A stretch of 64,000 nt of DNA. Origin: Lama guanicoe (taxonomy: Eukaryota). The position numbers and the translations under genes were made by a program. Under the pieces are notes generated by a model that was given only the letters and a program-made list of their open reading frames with translations, made no database searches and had not been told where the DNA came from. The stretch is taken from assembly GCA_013239625.1 (NCBI GenBank), contig MU054001.1, positions 186,001 to 250,000 on the forward strand, given 5' to 3'. Shown here piece after piece: positions 23,568 through 37,138 of this stretch (positions within the stretch are counted from its first letter, which is position 1; each line of letters begins with the position of its first letter).

Positions 23568-25195
23568 CAGCTAGTCCAACCCTCTCATCTTACAAGACAA
23601 GCTCAAAGAAGGGAAGGGTTTACCCAACGTCACATTCATTTATTCATTTATGCATTTACTTGACATCTACCTGTGAAACAGCCCCTCTGTGCCTGGCATT
23701 GTGAACCAGACAGGCCAAGTTCCAGTCACCGTGGAGCTACCATCCTAAGGATGGAGGAGGGACAATATTCCAGGTCCCTTGATTCCTGGTCTAGTGTTCC
23801 TCCCCTGCCCCTTCCCCTCCAGTAGAAGGTGCTTTCATCATCCCCGTCCACACCCTGCCTGCATGGATGACTTGAGCCCTCAATGTCGTATTCAACATCT
23901 TTTTATTTTAATAAAGCAGCTACATTTTCCACTCCATCCCGGACTCCCCGTCCCTGCAACACACACTTCAAGAACGCTGCTAATTTCAGCGTCTGGCTTC
24001 CAGACCCAGACGTCAAAACAACTACCTTTCATCTCAGGTTTGTAACGCAGAAAACCTTCAATATTGGGAACAGATAGCTTCGAAGGTGGGTTCATATCTC
24101 TCAGCAAGATTGCTGTAACTTAACTCTCCTGCACTCGATCAAGGCTTTCCCTCTGCCTCGTAGGTATTTTAATACAAATGTTCCTTTCATTTGACTGATT
24201 GAAGGTCTCCAACCTGCAATAAATGAAACATCTGATCCCCTTGAATCCAAATCATTTTCTTTGATTTTCTTTTACTTCTATTTCTTCGTCCTTTGTTCTA
24301 CAACTCTAGTCAAATTTCCCTTTAGAAATTGAAAGAATGTGTGTGGGGTTTTCCTGTCCTTTTTTTTTTCTTTTTTTTTAAAAAAAAAAAAAACAGGCTA
24401 TAGTGAAACTGCTGGCTCGTGGACTGGAATATTAAGCTGGAATTCAGTGGCTGCCTGTCTCCAGCTACGTGCTTTGTGTATCATGGTCCCCCTGCCCAGT
24501 GTAGGGCAATAGCCATGCACGTGAGCCTCTGTGTACACGTCACCAACACTGACTTCCTGAGTCACCCCTAGGCTTGGGAGAAAATATGACTAAAGATATT
24601 TACCCCTGCTCAAAGAGCTAAGTTCTCCCTGCAAGGAAATCTACATGTTGGCATCTGTCTCTAGAGGTGAGCATTTACATGCCTTTATAATGACTTAGTC
24701 CATCCACATGGTGATGGGTTCTCAGATTCAGGTAATGGGCCAGTGGAGGCCTTCCGTCTCTGGAGGGACCTGCTTGCCCACATCAGTCATTCCCAAAGGC
24801 AAGCGGTGGCCTCCAGGAAGCTGGCAGAGCCTTCTGTGTGTTCACATCCCTGACTGAGCGCTGGGTCCATGCTTAGCCAGCACGTTTATCTGCTTGGTAG
24901 TCTTGGCCTTCCCTCTGAGGACGCTTGAGCCGTGTGTCCTGCAGGTAATAGTGCTGATTATTATGCTAGTAAAACTGTCTCTCTCCCCAACTGGTAGAAA
25001 GGTTTATCCCTTAGAGGTGAATGGGTAGGTACCTATCAGGAGGCAATCACAGGAACATTCTGTTGTGCTCTTTAACCTTTGACTCGCTGCAGTCCGGGGC
25101 CAGCCAGCCTTCCTGAACCTGTATAGTCTTCCTGGCTTCAAGGAACTCTCTCTGCTGATGATCTGTGTTCAACCCCTGGCTCTTGTCTACCTACC

Positions 25196-25728
25196 GTAGT
25201 TGGTAGCCAGCCTTTGAGATGGCCCACGGGAATCTCATCTCCTGGTCTTCACACCCTTGTGTGGTTCCCTCCTGAATGGTACCAGGGTTGGTCAGTGTAG
25301 CTGAAAGAAAATGGCAGAGTGATGGTATGTCTCTGCTGGGAATGGGTTATAAAGAACCATGGCTTCCATCATGGGTGTCTGCTCTCTCTCCTTCTTTCTC
25401 TCTCTCTCTGTTTCTCCCCCTTTCCTCCCTCCCTTGCTTGGATCTCTTGCTCTGGATGAAACAAACTGCCCTGTTGTGAGCACCCCTGGGGAGAGACTCA
25501 CAGGACAAAGAGCTGAAGCCTCTGACCAACGGGTGAGAAACTGAGGTCTGCTGTGCCTTCCGGGGACAGCAGCCTCAGCTGACCAGTTGACTTCAGCCTT
25601 GTGAGAGACTCAGAGCCACTCAGCTAATTTTCTTGTGGGTTCCTGACTCTCAGAAACTCTGCGAGATAACGCATTTGTTGTTTTACTCTTGGGAGTAAGT
25701 TGCTCTGTGGTAACAGGTAATAAATACA
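25196..25728 (+). mobile_element. MaLR solo LTR (MLT1F-like)
   Basis: tggtagccagcctttgagatggccc...cacacccttgtgtggttccctc...tgctctgtggtaacaggtaataaataca. Confidence 0.8.
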
Positions 25729-25860
25729 CCATGTAAACTAGTGAGTCCCGAGGCCCTCTGGCATGTTTGTGGTCCATTTACTTAATCTGTGGGGCAGAGA
25801 TTTTCCTTATCCTCCCTTAATATGTATTGTCAGGTCTCCCTCCATAAGAGAGATCTGTAG

Positions 25861-25872
25861 TATGTATGTATG

Positions 25873-25906
<34 letters not shown>

Positions 25907-26035
25907 TGTATGTATTTATTTATTTATTTATTTATTTATATTTTTAATTGAAGTATAGTCAGTTACAATGTGTCAGTTTCTGGTGTACAGCATAATGTAC
26001 CAGTTATGTGTGTATATATACATATTTTCATGTTT
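25861..26035 (-). mobile_element. Artiodactyl-type L1 3' tip with (TATG)n/(TATT)n tail-derived microsatellite
   Basis: tttttaattgaagtatagtcagttacaatgtgtcagtttctggtgtacagcat preceded by tatg/tatt repeats at 25861-25940. Confidence 0.8.
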
Positions 26036-26059
26036 ATATTCAAGACCTCTAGCTTTTAA

Positions 26060-26400
26060 ATGGATATGTGGCTGCCTAGAATAATACATTGTCCAGCTTC
26101 CCTTGCAGCTAGGTGTGACCCTGTGTCTGTATTCCAGTTTGTGGGCATATGTGGAAGTGGTATGTGCAACTTCTGGAGAGTGCCCTTGCTAGAGGTGCTT
26201 TCTTACATCTTTCTTTCGTTATATTTTCCTCCTTTCTGCAGGCCGGGACTGTTCATAAAGGCTGCTGCTCTGGAAGCCATCCTGAATGATGCAGTAAAGG
26301 TGCAGAGCAACAAGGGAGAAGGCATGAGGGTCCCTGACACTGAAGAGGACCAAATCAAACCCTCCCCATTCTGTAGATTTTATATGGGAGAGAAATAAAC
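26060..26400 (+). mobile_element. Old ERVL/MaLR LTR fragment
   Basis: tacattgtccagcttcccttgcagctaggtgtgacc...tttatatgggagagaaataaac. Confidence 0.55.
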
Positions 26401-27179
26401 CTCCCCCTCCCTGTGTCATTGTGAGAATTAAACAAGTGAATAGATATACAGTAGTTAGAACACTAGGCAGCACCAGGCACATAGAAAGTGCTCTGCATGG
26501 GTTAGACTTTAGAACTCCCACCAAGGCCTTGTGTTGACTCTGTAGGCCCCAGAAGAAGATTTCTTCGCTCCTGCTAGTTTAGATGCCTTTTCCGAGGCAT
26601 TCTCTCCTCTTAGAGACCTACATGCTCTCCTGTGGAGTCTCCTCTCTGTGTAATAGGTCTCAGGAGGCCCACCCCATCCACCCATCCTTTCCAACTGGGG
26701 TTAAACTTCTGAATTTGTCAGGTAGGTACCTCCACAGCATTTGGTTGGATCAACTAGAGGAGTGGAGCTGCCATTATTGGGATAGAGAAGACCTGGGGGT
26801 GGATGGGGAGAAAGTTTGAAGGGGAAATGGTAATTAGTTGTGGCCATGTCAAGTTTGAGATTGCTGTTGCCCATTTAAGCCAAACAGGTGGAACTCTAAG
26901 CCTAGGGGGTTGAAGGTAGAGGTCGAGGATGGCACATACATCTGAGAACAGAGCTTGTACTTACGTACATCAAAGCTGGAGACCTTCACCTGCCAACTTG
27001 GCTGGAAGTGTGGACAGCACTGACAAGTCCGAGTCCAGGCAGGTGCCAAGTCCAGATCACTCTAGTACCATTTTCAATGAACATGTAAGATCAACACGAC
27101 TCTGTTTTCACAGACGCATAGTGAGGGGGCCCCGTGGCCATTTTCAGATGAATATGTGCAGACATTATCTGAAAGGGCT

Positions 27180-27320
27180 CAGGGTTTAAAGTCAGACAGC
27201 CCTGGGCTGGAGTCTGGTTCCATCACTTCATGACATGTGGTCCTCGGGGAAGTCAACTGACTTGCTGACTTGTCTGAGTCTTAGTTCCACCAACTGTAAA
27301 ATGACAATAGAGCTGTTGGG
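27180..27320 (+). mobile_element. MIR
   Basis: gtcagacagccctgggctggagtctgg...ctgagtcttagttccaccaactgtaaaatg. Confidence 0.7.
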
Positions 27321-28870
27321 ATATTCAGATTTTTAAAAAATCATACCATAAAGGATTCAACTAAGGAGAGGATCTTACTTAATTCCCCTCTCTCTGGAAG
27401 GAAAAACAACTGATAGTTCTTGTCTATATTTATTTCTTGTCTGTATCTATTTCTTCCATGGTTCCTAGATAATTTTTGGTGGCCAGCGTGGTGAGTGAAA
27501 GCAGGAAGGTGCTTCAGTGATCTTCAGTTGGTTCCTTGGAATGTCCCAGAATTACTCGTGCTACGGGGTAAGACCAAGGTGATTTAGGCAGAAAAATCAG
27601 GGCATCACGCATGAACTACCCTCCTCATTGTAATAAAGTTTGAGAGGATGAGAAAGATGAGAGAGAAAGAAAGATGGTTCCTTCCTATGGGGCCACCATG
27701 ACTCTGTCACAGATTGAACCACAGACACCTGAGTTGGGCACAAGAGTCTCAAAGGATATTTACAGACCTGATACCCTGGCAGGTGGAAGTGACTCAGTGG
27801 GCTGGAGTCTAAACTCTGGCTGGTGCCAGCGTCTTGGCCCAGGCTTTCAGAAATCCCAGCTCAGGCTTGTCAAGGAGGCCTGGGCATCCCCATCGTGAAC
27901 GGGCTGAGCTGAGCTGCTGCAAGGCCGTTGCTCAGGCTCATTCCCCTGCTGAAACACCCCCAGGAGCCCAGCCCAGGGCTGCGTTGGGGGAGTGTTTGTA
28001 AGCTCGTGTTGCATAGTTAGTTTTAAAGGGCCTCCTTGTCCTTAAAGCTCCCTAAACAACCATCGTATCTCTCTTCCTTCCTCACTCCCTTTCTTCGTTT
28101 TTCATCTCTGGATCTGTTTCAAGCCTGATTGGAAACCTGCTGTGGTGAGTTTGCGTGGAGGTGAAGGTGCCTCCTGTCCTTCTGCTTGTTAGTTGCAGGA
28201 AGGCGAGCATCAAAAGGCCCCGCGCCGGCTCCCCACGTGGCCCAGACCTTCCTGTATGATGTGGAGAGGAAATTGGGGCCTTTGTGCTTCCCATGCTCAG
28301 ATCATATCAGTTCAGTTTTCCCCTTCAGTTAATTTGTAGTTGACGTGGTCCTCGCGGGCATGGCAGTGGTGGGTGAGGTGGAAGGCCGGGAAGGGGAGAG
28401 GAAACAGGCCGGAGGCTGGGGCTGGTAAAGACTCCCAGAGAGTTTGGAAATGAGAGGGGAGCGGAGGGAAGGGCCAACGTAGTCAAGGTAAACCTCCGGC
28501 CCAGGCATCAGAGAGGGGCTGTGGCCTTATCTCTGACTGTACCTGGCCTCCCCGGGACTTAGCCACTTCTGTTCTGAATCCATAAAACAAGTTGCTGGGA
28601 TGAGATAAGGGGAGGCCTCTCCAGCCATGATTTTGTGATTCTCCACGCAGTTCTGCCTTTTAAAATACAGCCTTGGCCACATCACTTAATCTCGAGGCCT
28701 CCTTTTAATCATCTCTACGCTGGAGGTTGTGAGGTGATGTTCAATAAGATAATCTCCACGAAGGTGCATAGCTGGTGCCTGGAGCAGAAGAGGAGCCCAG
28801 TGAAGGCTACTTAAATATGCATCTCTTCTCTGCGCCTCCTGTGTACACATGCAGAGTGCCCAGTGAATTC

Positions 28871-28988
28871 TTTTTTTTTTAATGTATATATGTGTGTAAT
28901 TTTTTTTAAATTGGAGGTACTGGGGATTGAACCTAGGACCTTGTGCATGCTAAGCATGTGCTCTACCACTTGAGATATACCCTCCCCC
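28871..28988 (-). mobile_element. tRNA-Ala-derived SINE (Vic-1-like)
   Basis: Minus strand gggggagggtatatctcaagtggtagagcacatgcttagcatgcacaaggtcctaggttcaatccccagtacctcc plus A-rich tail; gaattctt at 28865 and 28992 as TSD core. Confidence 0.9.
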
Positions 28989-29029
28989 ACGGAATTCTTA
29001 TTTTGATCTATTTGTTCTTTTAAACATTG

Positions 29030-29177
29030 TAGGCTTTGTGGTGCGACAAACTTTGCACATCCCTCCCCACCAACTATTTAAAAACGTAAAACCTATCCAA
29101 GCTCACAGGCTGTACCAGAACATGTAGTGGACTGGAGTGGTCTGTGAGCCATAGTTTGCCATAGTTTGCCAACCCTG
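29030..29177. mobile_element. MER58-like hAT-Charlie end
   Basis: gctcacaggctgtaccagaaca...gagccatagtttgccatagtttgccaaccctg (local 10-bp duplication). Confidence 0.65.
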
Positions 29178-29194
29178 CCCTAGAGAGATACTGT

Positions 29195-29405
29195 TTAGGT
29201 TCAGATGCCAGCTTAGTCACTTACTAGCTGTGTGACATTGGGCAAGTGATTTAACCTCTCTGATCACCATTATCTTTATCTATCAAATAGGGCTTGCAAC
29301 TACCCTTCTCTGTACTGTACTGTAAGAATGATGTATACAGGTCCGACACTTAGCAGAATATGTGGCATACGGTTAGCATTTAATAGTGGTTTACTATTCA
29401 TGATA
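29195..29405 (+). mobile_element. MIR
   Basis: cacttactagctgtgtgacattgggcaagtgatttaacctctctg. Confidence 0.9.
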
Positions 29406-29759
29406 TGAATTTGTAGCTGGGAGGACCTGGTTAACACTGGGTGCTAAGTCAGTGTGTCACTGATGGTCCTTTCCAGCCAGTCTTCCCCGAGAGGATCAGG
29501 ACAGAACCTGAAAACGCACAGAGCTGGCCAAAGGGGAGGGCCAGCCAAAATCAGTTTGGAAGTGACAAGAATAGGATGTCACACATCTGTGGGTTTTCTG
29601 CAATCAACAGTGAAAAAGTGGCCCACAATTTGGCCCATCAATTTCTCAATGTGACTTTTGATGGACTTGCCTTCCTCCTGTCACTCCTTCCCTCCAGCCT
29701 CTCTCTTCCATGACCTTCCCTCCCTCCTTCCCTTTAAAAGCCAATTTCCAGAGTTCACT

Positions 29760-30085
29760 TTGGAAGGGACCCGCCAAGCTCCTTCCTCCCTCAAGGCTCC
29801 TGCACATCCTGCCGCTTTTGTTGTGAGGACCTGTCCTCTCTGCCCCACCCCACCTCGAGAACCCCTTTTCGTTCTTCCATGTTCCTTGTCACCTGCTCAG
29901 CTAGCCATCCCAGAGCCCCTGGCCGAAGTCTTTCATTCCCACAGCATCCTGTACTCTCCCCGAGTGGCCCTTCTCACTGCTGTCATTCATCCCTTGTTCT
30001 TGCCCTTTTCTCTCCCCGTCAGTAGTTTAGGAGCCCCATTTCCTGGCACTGTGCAGTGACCAGGTCCTGAGTGAATAAATGGGCT
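29760..30085 (+). mobile_element. L2 3' end
   Basis: Pyrimidine-rich body ending tcctggcactgtgcagtgacc...tgagtgaataaatg. Confidence 0.5.
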
Positions 30086-31889
30086 AAGATTATGCAATGA
30101 ACTCATATTATCCAATAGTGTTTTTTGAAAGAAGAAGTTTTGCTTGACATCCCTGAGGCATATCTGCATTTTATGAGATGAAATAAACCTTAGGCTAAAG
30201 GAATGCACCTCTTGTAATGGAGAAAATATTTTAGAAATAGTAAATGCCTGTGGTTTTCGTCCGACTCCTCTATAAATAATGTGGTCTAGAGCCAGTCCCA
30301 GGTGACTGCTCCAATGAAGGGTGAATGCCACCTTGGGCAGGAATATGATATGAGGTAGGAATAAGAAGTGCCGGATAAGAAGAGGAAGTAGAAAGGCACT
30401 TCCTGGCAGGGGAGAGGTGAGAGGAACTTGAAGGGCATGGTCATATAGGGGAGGCCAGCTGTGTGTCACTGGAGTTCTGACTGCCCTCCTTGGGGGGAAA
30501 TGCTGGGACCACAGCCTCCACGTAAGCACCAGCTTGAATGTCGAGATGGGGCAGATCACTGGGAGGCTCTGATCCTGGGAGCAGAGCAGACACCAGCGGC
30601 TGCTCTGCAGAAGGTACCAGTGAGTACTCAGAGGGCACCGTGTGGATAAGAGGTCCCCTCCCTTCAATGTCATAAACATGAAGACTGGACAGGACTGTGT
30701 TAACTGAGAAGAGATGCTACCAACTGAGGGAATGGAGTCATCTTTAATTAGCAAGCTTAAAATATCCTTTCTAGAACCCACCACCCAACATACATCGTAG
30801 TGGCAAGAGGCTTGGGGAGATGAGATCAGTTAGACAAAATAAAGCAGCTACATTTTCTTTGTACATGTAAGTAAGTAGTGGTATGACTGAAACCGCAACC
30901 CCCTGCTCCCACACTGTAATGGTAGAACCTTAGGACCAGCCTCCTTCGTATTAGACCTAAAGATGTTTGCCTGTTGGCACCATCCCAGCCTCCCAACTAT
31001 CCCAGTCACCCTCTCTTCCTCTTCTCCCTGCCATCCTTTGCCTCCTCATCCTCTTCCATACTTTTTGTAATGAAGATGACCAGCACTGAATGACTGCAGT
31101 GGTCCAACAGCAAAAGTGAAGTGGGGGGCGGCTCATGGGGCTGAGCTGGACAGTTTCCCCCAGATTCTTTTATCTGAGGCATTGATGCATAGGAAACACC
31201 AGGGACTATGGGGTTGCATGTCTGCATCCATCTATCCTTCCTTATGTCCCAGGTGGGCTCTCTCAGCCTCACCTGCCCATATACAACTGCCGCAGTCTTG
31301 GCTCCATTTGAGCAGTCCCCCCGCAAGTTCTGTACTTTTAGACTCTTTAAACGAGTACAGTGACTCCATCATACAGCAGTGGACACTCTTGCCCACGAAT
31401 TCCACTGCTAAACTAACACCCGGTCCTTTAGTTCCTGGCTCAGCCTCTGGCTTACTTCAGTTACTCTCTGCTCCTCCTAGGAGTTAAATATTCCTGCTGT
31501 GTCTTGACCCTTTTGAAAATGTCTGATGGTCGTATCACTAAACAATGACAAGGCAGTTCAATTGGGTCTTTTTTTTTTAAAGTGCATACTCACATCAGAT
31601 GCAGAATAATAATGCTTAGCACTCACAAGAGAACTTGTCATCTTCAAAGTGCTCTGCTACCACTGAAGGCCACGTTTGCTGGAGACAGATTCACTTTCCT
31701 TTGTGTCACACTGAACTGCATCAGATTGAAGTTGGAGGGGACAAGGAGCAGGAGACTCCCTTGGAGCACTGAGTTGTGCTTGAAAACTGCCTGAAAATAA
31801 GTACTGGAGAGATCTCAGGGTAATTGTCTTTTCCATCTCAATTCCTCCCAATGGTGTCCCACTTGTGCCTTCTGCTTACTTCTTTTTGA

Positions 31890-32200
31890 GGGGCAGGATA
31901 GGGTAAGTTACGCTGCAGTAACAAGCAGTCCCCCGATCTCAGAGGCTTAAGATTTCAGAAGTCGATTTTTGACTCAAGCTACATAGCCAGTGGGTCCCTT
32001 GGGGCTCTGTTCCGTGTTTCTTCTGGACAAGGGACCCAGACTGTATAAGTGGCCACCATTTGAAGTAATGAGAAGTGTCATTCAAAGGGAAAGAGAGAGT
32101 GGGCAATCACATATTACCTGGTTCTTAAAGCTTCCACCTGGAATTATCAGCTTGACATATGTCATGATTCATTGGCAAGCAAATCATATGACCACATCAA
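31890..32200 (-). mobile_element. MaLR LTR (MLT1J/I-like)
   Basis: caggatagggtaagttacgctgcagtaacaagcagtccccc...tcattggcaagcaaatcatatgacc. Confidence 0.7.
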
Positions 32201-32249
32201 TCATAAGCCTGAGACCTAACACAACATTGTAAATTTCTCTCTTGAACCT

Positions 32250-32900
32250 GATCACTTTCCTTCCCCTCTGTTTCTACCATCACCACCACCACCAGCTTCT
32301 CCCCTAGCCTAGACTTGCAGGAGCCCCTATCTGATTTCCCTAATGTAGCTCTAGTTTCTGTCCCCCAGTCTGTTCTCCATCCTCCAAAATCAGAGTGAAT
32401 TTTTCAGTATGCAATCCTATTTCATTGCCCTCACCTCCAGTTTCCATTGCTCTTAAGACACAGACCCAAGTCTTCATGTGAGTCTCAGCTTTCACCATGG
32501 CTAGACCCTGGCACCCTCCATGCCAGCCTCATCTCAGGCCAAGCTTCCTATCATTCTCCTTCCAACTCCTTGAACCACAGGATCTTTGCCTTTCTCTCCA
32601 CCTGGACATCTCCTTACTGCCATCCCTCTTCCCTCTGGTAACACCTAATCCTCCTTCTGCTCCTGGTCAGACTTGCCTTCTCTAGGAAATCTCTCTGATA
32701 ACCCTTGTCAAGCCCACCACGAGCCCCTCTTGTATGATACTCCCTGCGGTCACAACTCTATGTGTGCGTGCAACTCACGGACTCTAAGATGTATAAGAGC
32801 ACGAGCTTCGTTTTGTTTTTGTCAGCTGTGTATTCTCACGGCCTGCTAGCATAGTGCTTGGCACACCATAAACACTGACTGATTGAATGAACAGATGAAT
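32250..32900 (+). mobile_element. L2 3' region
   Basis: ttccattgctcttaagacacagacccaagtc...atagtgcttggcacaccataaacactgactgattgaatgaa. Confidence 0.75.
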
Positions 32901-33129
32901 ACATGAGTTTCTCTCAAGTTGTTCTCCCATTTCTACCTGCCCAAATGTCCAGTTCAGGTCAAAGACAAAGCCCTTTGTGTCCCATCTTATCTAATGCTTC
33001 CTTATTCTATAGTCATCATGAATTTGTCTTTCCTTGTCCCGTGATGCCTAGTACCTTCAGAGCCTTGTCCATCATAGACACTTAGAATATGGTTGTCAGA
33101 CTGACCCCAAAGAGCTAAACTCACCCTTT

Positions 33130-33565
33130 CTGGTTCTGATGCAGAATGAAGTCTGCGTGGCGTCCCTGTGGTACCCCATGGGGTCTGGCTCTGCCCATCT
33201 CCCTGACCTCATCCTCATCTCCTCCTCTTCACCCCATTCATCCCTCTCTAAAGGGTGCTCTAGCCCAGGTCTTGGCCCAATGGTCTCCCTCAGTTAATTC
33301 ACATAACTACCCAAATGCTCAAATCTCTCCAGAAAGGTCTTCCCAATTAAAAATGACGCATCCTTTTTTTCCCCTCCTTATTTTAAAATCATTCCCTGCT
33401 TTCGAAATTGTTCATTTTATAAGGGCATGTTTGTGTTTATTCATTTTCTGACCCTTCACTGTAAGTCCATGAGGATAGGAGCCTTTGCTTATTAGAACAT
33501 CTTTAGCCTCTAGAATGGTGCTTGGCACAGAGGATATCAGTGAACACCTGTGAACGAATGAATGA
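33130..33565 (+). mobile_element. L2 3' region
   Basis: ctgtaagtccatgaggatagga...tagaatggtgcttggcacag...tgaacgaatgaatga. Confidence 0.7.
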
Positions 33566-34814
33566 TTATTCATCATGATGTCAACTAACTACGGCTAGTC
33601 TTGTCACTGGGGGAAATAATGAAGAGACATACCTGGATTGTCTGATGGTTTGGTTGTAGCATAAGATATTTTCTGGCTGCTCCCAAAAGGATAGGAGGGA
33701 CTGTCTTCCAAATTTCAGCTGATTTCTCTTCCCATTTCTGTCTCTCTTTCTGACTCCATCTCTCCCTTTCTCAGCCAAAGTCATATACATTTATACACAT
33801 ACATTTAGTTTATTAGTACAACTTTATTAGATCATTAGCCGAGGTGATGGAAAGTTGGTGCTCTTTGATTTCATTCTTCATGCATTGTAGATTTCAAATA
33901 AATTAAATTAGTCCCCAAAAAACCAAGTATTGAATTTTGCAGTTTTCTGAGAATTATTGGAACCAGGTCTTCAACATGAGATACGAGTCTATAAATATTT
34001 TCAATGCTTAAAGCAGTAATTACATTTTGGTGCTGATTCACACGTAAATGTTTTCATATTTCCACCACACGCATGCTGGAGTGTACATATTTTTCTTTCT
34101 TCTTTTTCTTTTCTTTTTTTTTTTAAAGAAAAGCATATAAAATACAAATCTTTCTACTTCAAAGTGGCAGCAGAGGAGTTAGAGTTCTAAATATTCTCTG
34201 ATTTGGAATGGTGTTCCACTAGCATGAAACCAACATTTCATCAAAGTGGTTTGCTTCAATCAGGGTTGTACTGGTGAGATATAAATTATAAATCACATCT
34301 TCTGTTTTACATGGGAAACGGGAGCTCTGAGGTGCTTCGTGCTCGAACAGATGGACTCGAGGTGGTTTCATGTCTTCTGCTGCTTATGTTTTGCTTCTAA
34401 TGTCATTTTCAAAGATTCCATCATTAACTTCAGAGGCGTCCAGGCAAGGAACTTTCAACAACTAAATATGGGTTTTGGCAAAGGTTCCAGCAGCCGAACA
34501 AGGCAGGGTGGCCTGGGGGAGGGGGTGCCTAGGAAGCACAGATAGACCAGGGGGTGGGCACGGGGATGGGGACCGAGCGGGACATGGAGAAGGGACATCC
34601 CCCCACTGCGTTCTCAGGTTCCCTTAGACAGAAAGTGTCAGGGAAGGAATTCAGGGCTGACTTTTAGGTTGAAACGGATCTGCACTTCGTGGTTGACCCT
34701 GAGCTTCGGTTCCCCAGCTATTCAATGTTCATTTTCAGGACTAGGAGGAGATCGGACCAGATCGGGGCTGATATGCTGTGATTCTGCTGTACAGGGTGTT
34801 AGATACTGGAATTC

Positions 34815-35085
34815 TCTATGGTTTCTTAGAGCTGCAATAACAAATAGCCCCAGCCTGGGTGGCTTAACACAACAGAAGTATAGTCTCTCACTGTTCTGGA
34901 GGCTAGAAGTCCAAATTCAAGGTGTCAGCAGGGTCACGCTCTTTCTGAAGGCTTTAGGGGAGAGTCCTTCCTTGTCTCTTCTGATTTCTTGTGGCCCCAG
35001 AGATGCCTTGGCTTGTGGCAGCGTCTCTGTAGTCCCTGCCTCCGTCTTCACATGGCCTTTTCCATGGGTCTGTTTACCTCTCTGC
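34815..35085 (-). mobile_element. MaLR LTR fragment (MLT1C/D-like)
   Basis: gctgcaataacaaatagccccagcctgggtggcttaacacaacagaag...gttctggaggctagaagtccaaattcaaggtgtcagcaggg. Confidence 0.85.
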
Positions 35086-35319
35086 CTCCTCCATGAGATG
35101 GTGAACTTAGAGAGAGCAGAACTTGTGTTTCACTGACTTTTGGTTCCTCTCCCCAATCAGAGCCTTCCTCTCCCTGCCACCCCCGCCCTTTCCAGGGCTT
35201 TTCACAGAGTAGGTTTCCACTAAATGTCTGTTGGTTGAAAGAAGAAATGGGAGACAAAATCAGCTTTCCAGGAACTTGTAAACTGGCAGGTGGAGATTAT
35301 CTTCCATTTCCTTGACACA

Positions 35320-35530
35320 GCTTACAGGAATCTATTCTTTGCCTACATAGCACTTGTCATGATGTAGAACCATACAGCTGTTTGCATGTTTCTTTGATTA
35401 AGGTGTATCTCTTCTCTTTATCTCCAAGGAGCAAAGCACGGAGCAGTTCTCTGAGCTCACTGCATAAGGACACTAGCATAGTGCCTAGCATATAGTAAGT
35501 GCTCATGAAATCTTTGTTAAATGAGCAATG
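35320..35530 (+). mobile_element. L2 3' end
   Basis: ctagcatagtgcctagcatatagtaagtgctcatgaaatctttgttaaatga. Confidence 0.75.
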
Positions 35531-35944
35531 GATAGCCCAGGTAGACTTTCTGAATTTCTAATTGTTTTGCTCTTAAAAGAGAAAACTTAGCTTTGCTCAC
35601 AATGGAATAAAAGGGAAAATATATAGGCAAATAAAGTTGAGAGACAGGGAAAGCATTTACAAATTTCGCTTGCACTGCCAAAATAATGCTGCCTTTCACT
35701 CTCGCTGACTATTAGAGATTTCATCCCAGCTGACTTTTGAGGTCTCTGTTAAACAGAGAAAGATAAAGGTTATTTTCTCTTCTGCAGCCGCAGGGACATG
35801 GGCCGGGCCCCTCATCCCCATTGTCCCCTGGCTCCCCGCGAGGCCCCCAGCAGGCCCCAGCACTTACCAGGCTCTAGTAGTGATGGATTACACGCCTGAG
35901 ACTCTCACAAGCAGGAGGGCAGGAACTGTGTCAGATCATTAGTG

Positions 35945-36298
35945 CTGATCACTAACATTCCAGTTATTTCTTCCTTCCAGCACAGGATAGGATTGCATTT
36001 CCAGGCCACCTTAAAAGTCGGCAAAGGCAATGACATGAGAGCAGAAGTGACATGTGTCACTTAGAGAAGGAAGCTTAAAGAGCGAGTACATGATTCACTA
36101 CTGCCCTTTCCCACTGCTGTAGAAATGCAGATGCTCCTGTCCTGCCTGGGTCTCTGAGGGAATTAGAAGAGCAGAGCCCCCCTGCTGACCAGTGATGGAC
36201 GTGTTCCTCGGATGAGAAGACCACTTAATATTTTATGGTTCCGAGATGGCCAGCTTGCTTGTTTCTGCAGCATGATCCAGCCTCTCCTGACTGATATT
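35945..36298 (+). mobile_element. MaLR LTR (MLT1H/I-like)
   Basis: tgagagcagaagtgacatgtgtcactt...gtttctgcagcatgatccagcctctcctgactgata. Confidence 0.7.
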
Positions 36299-36754
36299 CA
36301 TGCCTTCTTCACTCTTCTAGCTCTTGGATCCAGGATAGTACCTGGTATATTATGGACTCTCAATAAATATCCTTCAGATGAATAAATGAAGGAAGACAGA
36401 GTCCTCCCCTTTCAAAGGAGCAGTTATCATGTGAGTGGACCGAGTAATAAGCGGGTGAGGGTGGGAATACAAATAGTGTTAAGGGTGGGCTTGGTGTGGA
36501 AGCAGACGGTCTAGTTCCCAAACTGGAATGCTGGCACCTGTCCAATTCTGTCTCCTTGGCAGGCTTAGAGTTTAAAATACCACTTTTAGGATATTGACTT
36601 TAGCAGTGCCTTGGTAGTTTAAAAAATTTTAAAAGGTAGAAAAAAGAATTAATACTTGACTGCTGAGATAAAATGAGACAGAGGAAGCAGTTGGTGGTGT
36701 GTATATGGTATTCCACTCCCCTCCAGTCCATTTCTTCCTTCCCGTGGCTTAATT

Positions 36755-37138
36755 AATTGCTTTTTTGAATTGAAGTTGATTTATAATATTACATTATTTT
36801 CAGGTATACAGCATCATGATTTAGTGTTTTTACAGATTATATTCCTTTAAAATGTATTACAAGATAATGGCTAGAATTCCCGGTGCTGTACCTCGTAGTT
36901 GATCTGTTTTATCCATAGTAGTTTGTGTCTCTTAAACCCCTACCTCTATCTTTCCCCTCCCCGCTTCTGTCTCCCCACTGGTAACCACTAGCTTGTTTTC
37001 TCTGTGAGTCTGTTTCTGTTTTGCTATATACATCTGTTTGTTTTATTGTTCAAACTCCACATCGAAGTGATATCATACAAGATTTAATTTCCTCTGACTT
37101 ATTTCACTGAGTATAATAGCCTCTAGGTCCATCCACCT
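36755..37138 (-). mobile_element. L1 3' end with perfect 12-bp TSD
   Basis: cccactggtaaccactagcttgttttctc...ctctaggtccatcca; TSD cgtggcttaatt at 36743-36754 and 37139-37150. Confidence 0.9.

Noticed and set aside
28913..28988. tRNA-Ala(AGC)-like sequences (five copies) as tRNA genes
   Set aside because: They have A-rich tails, TSDs, extra 5' bases and stem-disrupting substitutions, so they are SINEs
29987..30784. Longest ORF (265 aa, minus strand)
   Set aside because: Starts at GTG, shows no recognisable domain, and overlaps L2-like remnants; best treated as a chance ORF
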